Origin: the human T2T-CHM13v2.0 reference genome, Homo sapiens
DNA length: 64,000 bases
Assembly (NCBI RefSeq): GCF_009914755.1
Contig: NC_060930.1
Direction: 5' to 3' (one strand)
Shown here: in pieces, positions 25,821-44,720 of the stretch
How the letters are laid out: each line of letters starts with the position of its first letter
Numbering within the stretch: the first letter of the stretch is position 1
The notes under the pieces: generated by a model
Databases searched by the model: none
Told to the model about the DNA's origin: nothing
The model's input: only the letters and a program-made list of their open reading frames with translations
Translations under genes and position numbers: made by a program

Positions 25821-26247
25821 AGGGTATCCAGAAATAATAGAGGGTAGTAAATGAAATCCCCTCCTCAAGTGTTTTCTCCTCCTCCTCCCAAAGCTGCCTG
25901 TTCCCTATCCACCCTTTTTCTTACAAGTAAAATAAATTTAAAGTAGTCAGGCTGTTGAATTGAAATCAGTGTGTGGAAATTTTCTGTTGAAGAACAAGAA
26001 ACTCCCCCCCACCACCCTCCAGTCAATCAGGTGATATGCACGAGAGCAAGACAAAACCCTTGGTAAGTCACTGCATCCATTCTCAACAGGTCTGTTATAG
26101 ATCTTCAGGTATTTGTATTCAAACTTTCTTTCTGGATTAATCTATTTACTTTTTTTTTACCTTCACATTTGAAACCCATAGTTTTCATGAGTAACCCAAG
26201 TCTCTGAATAGGCCTTTCCTTCATAAGAAAAGAATATGGGAAGGTCA

Positions 26248-26790
26248 CAGCAATCCCATTACTGGGTATATACCCAAAGGATTATAAATCATTCTACTAT
26301 AAAGACACATGTACGTGTATGTTTATTGCAGCACTATTTACAATAGCAAAGACTTGGAACCAACCCAAATGCCCATCAATGATAGACTGGATAAAGAAAA
26401 TGTGGCCACAGAATACTATGTAGCCATAAAAAAGAATAAGATCATGTCCTTTGCAGGGACATGGATGAAGCTGTAAGCCATCATCCTCAGCAAACTAACA
26501 CAGGAACAGAAAACCAAACACTGCACGTTCTCACTCATAATTGAGAGTTGAACAATGAGAACACATGGACACAGGCAGGGGAACATCACACACTGGAGCC
26601 TGTCGGGGGTGGGGGCAAGGAGGGGAGAGCATTAGGACAAATACCTAATCCATGCAGGGCTTAAAACCTAGATGATGGGTTGACGGGTGCAGCAAACCAC
26701 CATGGCACATGTATACCTATGTAACAAACCTGTGCATTCTGCATGTGTATCCTGGAACTTAAAGTATAATTTTTAAAAAATATTTTTAAA
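26248..26790 (+). mobile_element. 5'-truncated L1PA8-like 3' end with 16-bp TSD
   Basis: ggacaaatacctaat..gcagggcttaaaacctagatg; TSD gaatatgggaaggtca (26232-26247) / gaatatgagaaggtca (26794-26809). Confidence 0.9.
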
Positions 26791-27882
26791 ATGGAATATG
26801 AGAAGGTCAAAACCAAGCCTTGAATTTATGTCTCTGGAGCCTGGGATGTCAAGCAATCGGCTGAAGCTGGGGTGTATGTGGAGCCTGGAGTTTGGGGAGA
26901 GGCAGCTCTGCAGCCTTTGTTCCCTACCAGCAATCTCTCCCAATCCTGGGTGGTGTACACACCTCCCTCCATATGCAACACAGCCCTGAGGCTTAAACCA
27001 TATCCCAAGGCTGGGACCATTTCAGCTATAACACCAGGGACCCTTCTTCACAAGGTGAGGAGAGAGGAAGGAGTCATTAATTCAAAGAGAAAGGTAAAAT
27101 ACTGCAGGATTCCACAAACAGCACTGCAATTATGATCACTGAAGTTCCTAGAGCTAAAATTTTGAGAGAAGCTCTCATGGGAAACTCACTTGATCCATTT
27201 TCCTTCCAGAGACTCACTTGAGGAAGTACTTGTTGATAATCGTTTTCAAAAGCTGAAACAGCTAAATTTAAAAACCTCTTTTTTTTTTTTTCAATGCCAA
27301 GCCTTTTTGGAAAGATTGTGGCCAATTCCCTCTGTACAGACACAGAATCTATGTGGAATTCTCATACTGGCCCAGTCACCTGTGAATCCAAGGATTTGTT
27401 GCAACAGAAGAAAGTTTGGGCCCTGTCACACATGCATTTTTTGCACACCAAGCTCAGAAAAAGCAAGTATATGTCTTTCATGCTTCTTCCCATTTCAGTG
27501 CCCTCCCCTCAATACAGGCTCATCCCTTTTCTCTCTCCCAGGATCCTAAATATGCCCATTATATTTGGTATAAATCTTTGTACAAGGTTTTGCATAAATC
27601 TTTAAGAAGCAAGCTAATGACAAAAGTACTAACTTTGGAGACAGCAGAACTGGATTCTAATCCAGGCCCTATCAATGACCAGGCATGTGACTCTGGACCA
27701 TGCTTTTCTCAGTCCATATCTGTTCATAAAGAAGTACACTGTACATTAACCCTCATCTGTACATAAAAAAGCTCTCATCCTTCATCTGTACATAAAGAAG
27801 TACATTGTACACTAATGTCTATGGTGTCTAATTTCTCTAAAATTTTCTGGGATCTGATGAATAAATTTAGAAATTTCATTTA

Positions 27883-34087
<6,205 letters not shown>

Positions 34088-34169
34088 AAATTTCATTTAC
34101 TTATGTATGAAGAGAAAAAGAAAATAAAACCACTTAAAAGGGCTTCAACATGTCATCTTCTAACTTCTC

Positions 34170-34400
34170 TAGGCCTCGATGCTGGTTCCAGATTGCCTGG
34201 TTTCAAACCCCAGTTTGCCACATACTGGCTGCAGATTTGGGAAAGTTACTTAACCTCTTCATAACAGCCTACCAATATAAAAGATGATGACAATAATAGC
34301 CTTTTCCCCACAAGGATGATGCAGGGACTAAATGAGCCAATACATGAAACATGTTTATAGCAGTGCTGCAAATAGAAAGAGTTCAATAAATGCCAGGCTC
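34170..34400 (+). mobile_element. MIR
   Basis: ccagattgcctggtttcaaaccc...gggaaagttacttaacctct...gttcaataaatg. Confidence 0.65.
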
Positions 34401-34522
34401 TATTATCATCCTATTGTCATAACGTGAGAATAACAACCTGTCTTCACTTCTTCCCATGGTTCGTGAGGATCAACTAATATAATGAATGTCAAAGTGATAT
34501 GTAAATTACAAAGTACTATTTA

Positions 34523-35270
<748 letters not shown>

Positions 35271-36705
35271 ATAAATAATAAATAACTATAAAGTAACAGT
35301 GTTATCATCACCTGATATGTTATTTCATAAACAGTATGTTTCTTAGAAAATGATTTGGAATTGCCAGATTTTATGAAGATAGGGAAAGTGCTTTGAAAAT
35401 TCTAAGTTTCTATACAAACTAACAATATTATTAATAAAAACAAATAATAAACCCATTTTAAAGAACTCTGTGATTTGTCTACCCCACATGTACTCACCCT
35501 GCCAAATACTCCCAGGTCAGGAAGCTGCTCCTTTAGTGACCCTGAGTTCTTCCTTCCTCCCACGTGCAGTCCACTCACTCCCATAACCCAGCTTTCCCTG
35601 GAGCTCTATTAGCCCATCCTGGAACACACTGCAATGGGATGGAAAAGAACAGGCCTTAGTACAGACACAGGTTCAAGCCTCAGCTAAGCCACATTCTACC
35701 TGTGTGACATCAGGCGAAGTATTTACACCTGCACTCCTCCTTTCCTCTGTCTGTAAAATGGAAATGATAATGTCCATCTCCTAAACTTGTTTTGATTGTG
35801 ATGATTAAATATAACATATGTAAAGTACCTAGTATTTGCTCAACATGTTTTTTTCTCCTGTAGGAAAAAAAAACTCTACCATGTTTTGTTAATTCTTCAA
35901 TATTTATTGTGTACCAAATGTGTTGGGGAAGTTTAAAAGAAACAAAGGTTTAAATAATTCTCCAGCAGAAGCCAAGTCTGACAGATAGCAGATGTTTTTC
36001 TGGGGCTTTGGTAAGAAAGTGCACTGCACATGGTCATTACAGCTGCTAAATGACAAGGCCTAAAGAGCCAGGCCAGTGGGAGCAGTGTCTTGGCAATACC
36101 GAAGTCTCCTTTTTCATACAAGAGGGAAAACTTCCAAGGCCAAGAAAAAGAGTGGAGCATCTTTTTCCCTCATACAGGTCAGCTAGAAAAAGCCACAAGG
36201 GATTAAAGATCAAAGGAACATTTTTCTTTCTCTGAGTTGTGAATAGCTTTGGGTGAGTAATAAATTGAAAAGATTTAAGGGCAAACAAGGCCCAAAAAGA
36301 AAAATTAAAAATATGTTAAAGAACAACAAAACTCAGAGAGATGAATAAAAGAATATCCTGGGGATAATCATGCTGATATGCAGCTTGAGGAGCTAGACCA
36401 CAAAATGCACATAAGGGCCAATTCCTAGGGACCCCCCCCCCCGCCAAAAAAAGTTATCTCTAGCTCCAGCTGCTGACCAGATACTATGCTGGGTGGCCTG
36501 CAGCATCCTCAAATTTAAGAGGTTCAAAATTTAACTCTAGTACTTCTTCTATCTAGTTGTCTAAATCAGGAATTATACTTAACCTTTTTCATGATCTCTG
36601 CTACCATTACTTTAATGCAGCTCTCCATTACTTCATGAATAAAAGAATGAACAAAAGAATAGCTAAAGAATAATACTTGAAAGCCCATTTTTTGGCAGGT
36701 GGTTA

Positions 36706-36910
36706 ATTTTATTTTTTAATCAACAAATAATACTTGTACATATTTATGGGGTACATAATGATGTTTTGATACAAACAATGCATAGTGGTCATATCAGGGT
36801 AATTAGTATATCCATCATCTCAAATATTTATCATTTATTTGTGGTTGGAAATATTCAGTATCCTCTTTCTAGCTATTTAAAACGATATAATATATTATTG
36901 TTACCTCTAC
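36706..36910 (-). mobile_element. L1MA 3' end
   Basis: ttgtacatatttatggggtacataatgatgttttgatac...atcagggtaattagtatatccatc. Confidence 0.75.
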
Positions 36911-37549
36911 TCAAAGGCCAATTTTTTAAAAAATGATTTTAAAATATGGTTGGAAAATTCTCATTCAATAAGTATTTATTGAGCACCTCCTGTATACCAA
37001 GCACACTGCCAAACAGTAAAGTGTATAATATAGTGCAGCCTATTGTAGCATATGAATGGAGGGAAAAGTTAGAGGTGACAATGAATAGGTATTTTAGGGC
37101 TGAAAGTAATCAGAGAAGAGAAATCTCCAGAATAAGAATCAAGAAAAGGGAAGTGATGTGGCTAGCAGAAGAGAAACAGCATTTTCTACTTTGCCATCCT
37201 AGAGAGACAAGGGAAACAAATACAAGCTACACTGGAGCTTTGGAGGAAGAACTTGAGACTAGTATAAAATAACAAAGTATTCTCGTGTGTTTTGCCTTGA
37301 GATTATGATGAATATGATTAAAATTCTATAATTCTGGATGCTAAAGGAGAAAGAATTACTGATCCAAATGTCCTTAAATACCAAGCCTAGTGCTTAAAAG
37401 TTCTTCCTTATCAAAATATTGGAGAATATATACCCAAATGTTTCTCTATTGTTGTCCTGAATTATTTACATTTAACTATTTCACCCTTTGGATTTTGTTG
37501 TAATTTACATATGATGTGAGGATTTTGAATTGTTTTCTTTTTTGTTAAT

Positions 37550-37997
37550 TTCTTTTTTTTATTATTGAAGTTCTGGGGTACATGTGTACAACGTGCAGGT
37601 TTGTTACATAGGTATACATGTGCCATGGTGGTTTGCTGCACCCATCAACCCGTCATCTACGTTAGGTATTTCTCCTAATGCTATCCCTCCCCTAGCCCTC
37701 CATCCCCCAACAAACCCCAGTGTGTGATGTTCCCCTCCCTGTGTCCATGTGTTCTCATTGTTCAACTCCCACTCATGAGTGAGAACATGCAGTGTTTGGT
37801 CTTCTCTTCCTGTGTTAGTTTGCTGAGAATGATGGTTTCCAGCTTCATCCATGTCCCTGCAAAGGACATGAACTCATCCTTTTTATGGCTGCATAGTATT
37901 CCATGGTGTATATGTGCCACATTTTCTTTATCCAGTCTATCATTGATGAGCATTTGGGTTGGTTCCAAGTCTTTGCTATTGTGAACAGTGCCACACA
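37550..37997 (-). mobile_element. L1PA7-like 3' end
   Basis: gtgcaggtttgttacataggtatacatgtgccatggtggtttgctgcacccatcaacccgtcatctac; ORF2 C-terminus on - strand (MKLETIILSKLTQ). Confidence 0.88.
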
Positions 37998-38115
37998 ATT
38001 TATTATTCTTTTCACTGCTTTGTGTTACCTTACTATCCTGGGTTAAGTTTGTCTATATTCAAGACCTCTCTTTGTGCTATCTTTTCTATGCTTTTTAGAT
38101 GTCTTTTTATGGTAA

Positions 38116-38418
38116 TTTTTTTTTTTTGAGATGGAGTCCCGCTCTGTCGCCCAGGCTGGGGTGCAGTGGTGCGATCTCGGCTCACCACAACCTCTGCCTT
38201 CCGGGTTCAAGTGATTCTCATGCCTCAGCCTCCCAAGTGGCTGAGACTATAGGTACACACCACCATGCCTGGCTCATTTTTGTATTTTTTTTTCTTTTAA
38301 TAGAGATGGGGTTTCACCATGTTGGCCAGGCTGCTCTCAAACTCCTGACCTCAAGTGATCTGCCTGCCTCAGCCTCCCAAAGTGCTGGGATTGCAGGCGT
38401 GAGCCACCAAGTCCAGCC
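38116..38418 (-). mobile_element. AluS (Sx/Sz-like)
   Basis: T-tract, gagatggagtc...ctcctgacctcaagtgatc...gtgagccacc. Confidence 0.9.
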
Positions 38419-39249
38419 AGTATTCCCTTTTAAAAATTACTTTATTCTTATAATAGATTATACTACTTCACCTAAGATAATTATCCTCCAGTTAATTCCT
38501 TTTTCAAAGTTTTCTTTACATTTCTACTACATTTATAATGTCAGATAAACATTAGAACCTTCTGTCCAATTCTCTCCACTAAAAAAAAAGGAAGAAGAAT
38601 GCTTCAGTCTTCTTATCCAGGCACTTACCTCCATTTACTCGTTTGCTTTTTACTCATTATTAGTATTGGCTGGGTCTGCTGAATTTTTGACATTAGAGGT
38701 TCTAGGTATAAGCAGCAATACCTAAATTAAACTCAAAGAAAGAAAAGTCAGGAAAGGCAATTGAAACATAATGGTACAAGAGATAGAAATACCAGCAGAG
38801 GTGCATTCTACAAAGGTAGAGAGAGTTTAAGAAAGACTTGTGGTAAGCAATGCTAAAACTGATGAAGGGGACAATAACTGAAAATCAACCTCTGAATTTG
38901 GGAGTTATTATACAAAGTCACTGATGATTTTCCCAAGAAAAATTTGGTAGCATGACTAAGTCAGAAGCTATATTCAGTTTATTGAGGAACGAGTGAGAGG
39001 TAAGGAAGAAGAAATGCTGACCAAGAATTCTTTTTCTTTTCATGACATTAAATGGTAATGGTAAATAGAGGCAAAGATAATATAGATGAGAGAGAGATTC
39101 AAGGAAAAGCGGGGAGTAGAGAGGGGTACAGGGAATATTTAGGCTAGAAAAGCTCTATATGCAGGCTGGAAGAAAAGAGCCAGAAACCAGAGGCACAGAC
39201 ATTAAAAATAATCTGAGAAATGAATCTACTTCTTACACAGTAAATAAAA

Positions 39250-39480
39250 AGGAAAAGATCATAGTAATAGCTAACACCCATTACTTACTGTGTGCCAGCC
39301 ACTGTGCCATGAACTTTAATGCACTGTCTCATGTGAGAAACCCTCGTACAAGACTTATCATCCCCATTCTAGAGATGTTGCAAACTGAGACAAATGTACA
39401 ATAAGTTGGCCTAAGGTCACTCTGCTGTAAGTAGTGGAGCTGGTATCTGAACCCTGAAGTTTCACTCTAGAGTCAGAATG
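39250..39480 (-). mobile_element. MIR
   Basis: tatcatccccattctagagatg..aaactgagac..gcctaaggtcactctgct. Confidence 0.65.
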
Positions 39481-39800
39481 CTTGATGAACAGCCTACATA
39501 TTGTCAAGCAGAACGGTGAAAGCAGGGCGCTGCCCTAACATCGACGAATCACCTCCCAAATCACCAAATGCCACCTATGAACACATAACAAGGACTGACA
39601 GCTTTGACTAGGACTCAAGAGTGGCAGAAACAAAGGAGTTCTCCATTACAAGAATGCCTATGCATGAATAGATGTGTCACTTTCAAAAGCAGCCACCCCT
39701 GTCCTTCACACCAGTTACCAAACCTTGATCTACACACTGCTTGTTTTTTGTGTCTTCATGGTTTCCACTTGTAAGTTATTTATTTAATAATACAGGAACT

Positions 39801-40075
39801 TGGGTACAAAAAAACAGAAAGAGTGAATAAGACCTACTATTTGATAGAACAACAGGGTTACTATAGTCAATAATACTTAATTGTACATTTTAAAATAAAG
39901 AGTATAATTTAATTGTTTGTAATTCAAAGGATAAATGCTTGAGGGGATGGATACCCCATTCTCCATGATTTGCTTATTTCACATGGCATGCTTGTAGTAC
40001 TCATGTACTCCAAAAATATATATACCTCCTATATACCCACAAAAATAAAAAATTCATAAAACTGAAAAATAAAAA
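39801..40075 (+). mobile_element. L1MA2/3-like 3' end
   Basis: gaataagacctactatttgatag...gcttgaggggatggataccccattctccatg. Confidence 0.8.
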
Positions 40076-40939
40076 AGAACACAGGGGCAAAGGGACATAA
40101 TTGTTTAGCCCACATGGTCATAACACAGGGCTTCTGGCCTGTCCATTTGAGAAAAGGGTTAGGCTGGTGAGTCCCCAGATGCACATGCATGGCACATAGT
40201 GATAGCTCCCTGGAGCAAAGAGAAGCATGCACTGGAGGGCAGGAAGACAGAAAAATTAGCCCTACACCAAGAGGGCCTACTCAGACTCTACACATCTTTC
40301 CAAAGCCCCAATTCCTCCGTAGAGGCTTCTCTGCTCCTTCAGCTCTTTCATGTAGTCATTCATGTAAATGCCTTCTCCTACCTTGGGTTTTTAGTTCCTT
40401 TAGAGAAGGGACCAAGTCCTATATCTCTTTCAAACTTCCAGGTTGGAGGTGTTCAAGAAATAGTTATCGAAAATGTATCAACTATTTCTACTCATGAGTA
40501 AGTGAGCTGCTTCTCATGATTACTTTTGATGAAAAAAAATGTGTTGATCATGAACCACTGTCAAGACCACTAGAGCTTGAGGTTTTATTCTACCAAGTCT
40601 GCCTTAATTATTTCCTCCTGGGAACAAATATTAGCACATGCCAACAAGGAGTACGAGCCAGTTTTCGGCCAGAGAGTAGAGCTTTTTCTCAGTGCAAGGC
40701 CACCTTGCCAACTGTTCCCTGAACAGTTTAGATCTAGATGATGTATTCTAACCAATTAAGCTATATTCTAGTTGATTAAGCTAATAAACCTAAATTCATT
40801 ATTTTGCTCCCTGTATCGTGAGGTCGGTGAACACAGCGAATAGTATCAACAAATAAAACATTTTATAGTGAAAATGCCTTCATTCAAAAGCATTGCTGGA
40901 GATTGTTGTCAATTTAATAATTTATTCACAAAATATTGT

Positions 40940-41300
40940 GACTCCCAGGCCCATCTTTACAGAAGCCCTCCCTGGAATCCTTCCTAGTGGAGGAAACCTG
41001 CTTTTTATTCAGTTGACATCTGGCTTAGCCATATGATTTGGGTTAGCCAATGGAATGTAAGCATAAGTGATTTATCTTATAATTCAGCTGAAGCTTTAAG
41101 AACCATTGTGATGTTCCCCCGTTACTCTTCCCTCTACCATAAAAATGGCCTGGCTTCATCAGTCTGGATCCCCAAATGGAGCTGCAGACAATCCACAGCT
41201 AATACTTTTATTAGCAAGCCACTAACTTCTACCATAGCAAGCCACTGAGATTTGGGGGTTATGCTTGGTTACTATAGCATAACTTCCTGAAAGCTGACAA
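40940..41300 (+). mobile_element. Old MaLR LTR (MLT1I/J-like)
   Basis: ggcttagccatatgatttg..agccaatggaatgtaagc...aagccactgagatttgggg. Confidence 0.55.
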
Positions 41301-41849
41301 ATGTTGAAACCTACCTATAAACATTTCATTCTCTCCCTCTAGCCTCTGTCACACCACAGACATAAAATGCAATTTGAAGCTCAGTCTTTGAAATCAACAG
41401 TAAAATGAGAGAACCATGTCACAGGGTTGTTGAAATTGTTTAGTGGAATCATGTATGGAGAGCACCTAGGATGGTGTGAGCTCAGAAATGTGAGCTCCCT
41501 CGCCACCATAATGCCTTCCCTTCATGTTTCATTCCCACTTCCGTGGTGGAGGTAGGAAATGACAGACAATGTCAACCAGAATCTTGATTCTTCTCTGTAA
41601 TCGTGTGATGAACAAGTTATAAACAGCTCCTGCCTCACAAAACTTGTAGTCTTACTTCTAGCAGAAAAATGTACCATGTGCATGCTTGCTTCCTCATCTA
41701 TTAATGTGAAGTTCCAGCATCCAAGTGAAAAATTAACAAATGTAATTAGGATTGTCTTGGAGATAGAGGGAATCCATTGTTCATGATTTTTCCCTCTCCC
41801 AACCACTATCAACCACCCCACCATCTATACACATCACCACTGTCAGTAC

Positions 41850-42092
41850 CACTTCCAGAAATTACTCCCTGGTCCTAAAACCTGGATTAGATTGCCCTCC
41901 TCTGTGCTCCCATAACATCCTGTACTTACCCCTTCTCCAAACTGTTACTCTGGAATGGATTTACTAGTTTGGGAATTAGTCTTCCCACTGAGAGAATAAA
42001 CTGTTCCTTCATTATTTTAGTCCTAGAAGTTGCCCCATGCCTCAAACGTGGTAGATATTTACCAACATTTTTTGAATTAATGAATGAGTGGA
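41850..42092 (+). mobile_element. L2 3' end
   Basis: ccctcctctgtgctcccataacatcctgtac...ttgaattaatgaatgagtgg. Confidence 0.6.
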
Positions 42093-43729
42093 TTTGATAA
42101 GTTAATTTCTTCATAGTGACTTTTGAGTTCCCGCTGCAAGTTGATGACTTTTTTATGCCAGATGCCCAGGGCTCCAGGCAATCCTTATAGTTTTTCTAAC
42201 TGACAAGGAATTCTCTATTATGAAATGGGGATGTGATTTACATATACCTGCAATCTTAAAGCACTCATAGAGGCCACTGGAAACTCAAATGGGTAATACA
42301 AATTGAATTAGCAGCTCTTGATTAAGAGAGCATTGATTTTATTAAAACTGGTAGAATATATGCCAGAAGTTAATTAATAGCTTGAAAATAATCAGACACT
42401 TCATAAAGCTGAACATCTGCCAAAAAGCGGGTATTCTGAGGTATGTTCAGGAAAGTTTCCAAGTGTATAATATTTGTTTCCATAGTTCCTTATGTTGTAA
42501 TAACCAAAAAATAGGTAAATCAATTTTAAATAAAGCAATTTAACAAACTCATATTTCCTTTATATTTTGGAGGAACTCCAAACTTGCAAGAGTAGAACAA
42601 TGTCCTTACTTACTCTCTTGGGATATCTAAAATATCTTCAGTCCTATAAGATTCTTTTTTAAAATGAGGAATGATTCTTGTTCTGCTTATTTTTACATAA
42701 CACCTTTATCATCAAACAAACTTCAAGATGTGTCATCTTTAGTAGGAAAACATATTTCCACCTCATCCTCCTGTTAGACTTCAGTCTACTTAAGCCTATT
42801 CTCAGTTTAATGGGATTAACAGAAGCAAATCACAATTTAAGACTATAGTTTACCAACCTTCCTTTCTCTTGTTCAGTGAAATTCCCCTGATAATCCATCA
42901 GTCAACCCCTGCTGGCCTTGAGAGGCGCTCTAGAAGGCAGGAGAAGGGCACACAGGCTCGCTTTTTGAACTGAAGAAGGGTTTCATTTGGTTTAGAATTG
43001 TCAAACTTCAAAAAATAAATAAATAACTTAAAGTGTTTTTCAAATCAGCCATAAGGCTACAAACCAGAAAGAAAAGTGTGAGGCAGGTGTTTGGGGCAGC
43101 TACCCAAGTTGCCTACATGGTTTCCAAGGTCCTTTCAACTCTAAGGTTTGTGTATCAGGCTGTCTACAGATCATACTGTCTCCATAAGATTGTCTAGTTC
43201 ATTTTATGGCTAGTTTGAACAATCTGATTTTCTTTTTTACAATGGCAGGGGCTCAATCCATGTTAGGCTTCAATGTTGAGTCACCCAAGTTCTCCACAGA
43301 GAATAACCAACCAGCCGTAAGGAAGCTTCTTTTAGCAATGCCAGGATTCTGCAAAGTCCCTCCCAGCTTAACTTTTCTGACCTTGCGGCAGCAGAACAAC
43401 AAAAAGAACAGCCCCTGGCACCCTCAGAAGAGCACAAAGCCCTCTGACAACCTGAGATGGCGCCCAGGTAGACTTCCCTCAAAAAAAAAAAAAATGGCAA
43501 GGCTGCTTCAGCAGGTCTTTCAGCCCCAACCACTCCACTCTCCGTCTCCTTTTCTTCACTGCTTTCCCCACCTCTCTTCCCCCCTTCCACTTTGACCCAC
43601 CCCAATTTTCGTCCACTTCTCCCTCACCCCTTCCTTGTAATCTCTCTCCTTGAGGCATCCTGTGGATGTTGACTGTAATCTCCCCTGGAGGAGGGCTAAG
43701 AAATGCACCTCCAGAGGGTCTGTTTGCCA

Positions 43730-44720
43730 TTGGAACCGCGTAGAGAAAGCGTGCAAACCCGTCAACTGCTCCCGCCGTTCCTCTCCCTCCTCAACCCAGG
43801 CTCGCTACAGAAGAAGGGAGTAGGGTCTGCCCCCTTGTTGTATCTATTTTCCCCTTCTCCGCCAGGGCTGTGGCCGGCAAGGGGCTCAGGAGGTGAGTCC
43901 CTTGCCCACACCTCCAACCCCGCTGGCCCGGTTTATAACATGGACAGCCCTGCCCTCTAGTGTCTGCAACCGGGAGCCCTAAGGCGCCATCAGCTCCAGA
44001 ATTTCTCTTTTATAACCTAAGCAAGACCTGGAGTACCTCGGAGCTGCGACCTCCAGTTCACAATACCACCTGCCTCACACCCGGGCTCATCTTTTCATCC
44101 CACACCCACCACCCCCCTCTCCGTTCACGGTGTCCCGGGAGGCTGCGACCTGCGTAGATGATTTAGCAGACTGCCCCTGCCCATGCTCCTGCTCCTGCTC
44201 CTCCTCCTCCTCTTCCCCGCTCTCTCCCTCTCGCCTCCTCTTCCAGTCCAGGCGCCCAGACTCGGCGAAGCGCAGCGCCTGCCACCAGCGGTGCCTCGGG
44301 CTGCCCGGCGCGCCGCGCTCCCAGGTTCTGTCTCGCCGCACCCCGGCGGGCACTGGCGCGGGCAAGGACGCTGGCGGGGAGAACGCCCTGGGCTCAACGT
44401 ACTCCAGAATCGAATGTTGAGAGAAGCAGTGCTCTGATCCAGCTCAGGAGAAAAAGGAGCGGGTTCCGAGTGAGACTTCTGGAGCCAGCTGGACGTGCCG
44501 GTTTGCCCAGTGCGGCGCGGCTGCACGCACCGTCCACAAGGTGAGGGGCGCACACCTTCCGGGACGACCTTGGCTTCCCTTCTTACCCCCACCCACTCCA
44601 GGTACTCCAGCTCTGGCTTGGGGATGTTTGCCAGCTTTGAGGCGCAAAGGCGGCGGGAGTTGGGATGCGGGGTGTCGGAGGGAGACTGAGGGTCGCCCGG
44701 GCACCGTGCCTGCACCCTGG
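43730..44720 (+). promoter_or_regulatory. HTR1E: CpG island / promoter of HTR1E
   Basis: Only non-repeat CpG-dense region in the window; pyrimidine tract 44175-44244 precedes an Inr-like CCAGTC at 44243. Confidence 0.85.
44245..44540 (+). other. HTR1E: HTR1E non-coding exon 1 (start approximate)
   Basis: atcgaatgttgagagaagcagtgctctgatccagctcagg...gcaccgtccacaag matches my recollection of the HTR1E cDNA leader; canonical donor AAG|GTGAGG at 44540/44541. Confidence 0.8.

Noticed and set aside
27716-27814. Imperfect ~33-nt direct repeats resembling a repeat-spacer array
   Set aside because: Two and a half degenerate copies in a eukaryotic MIR-like context; local duplication, not CRISPR.
38099-38548. 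149-aa ORF and similar ORFs at 17259, 52486, 53479
   Set aside because: Translations of Alu sequence.
43936-43952. catggacagccc, REST/RE1-like half site (also ttcagcacc at ~57726)
   Set aside because: Only isolated half sites; no full 21-bp RE1.
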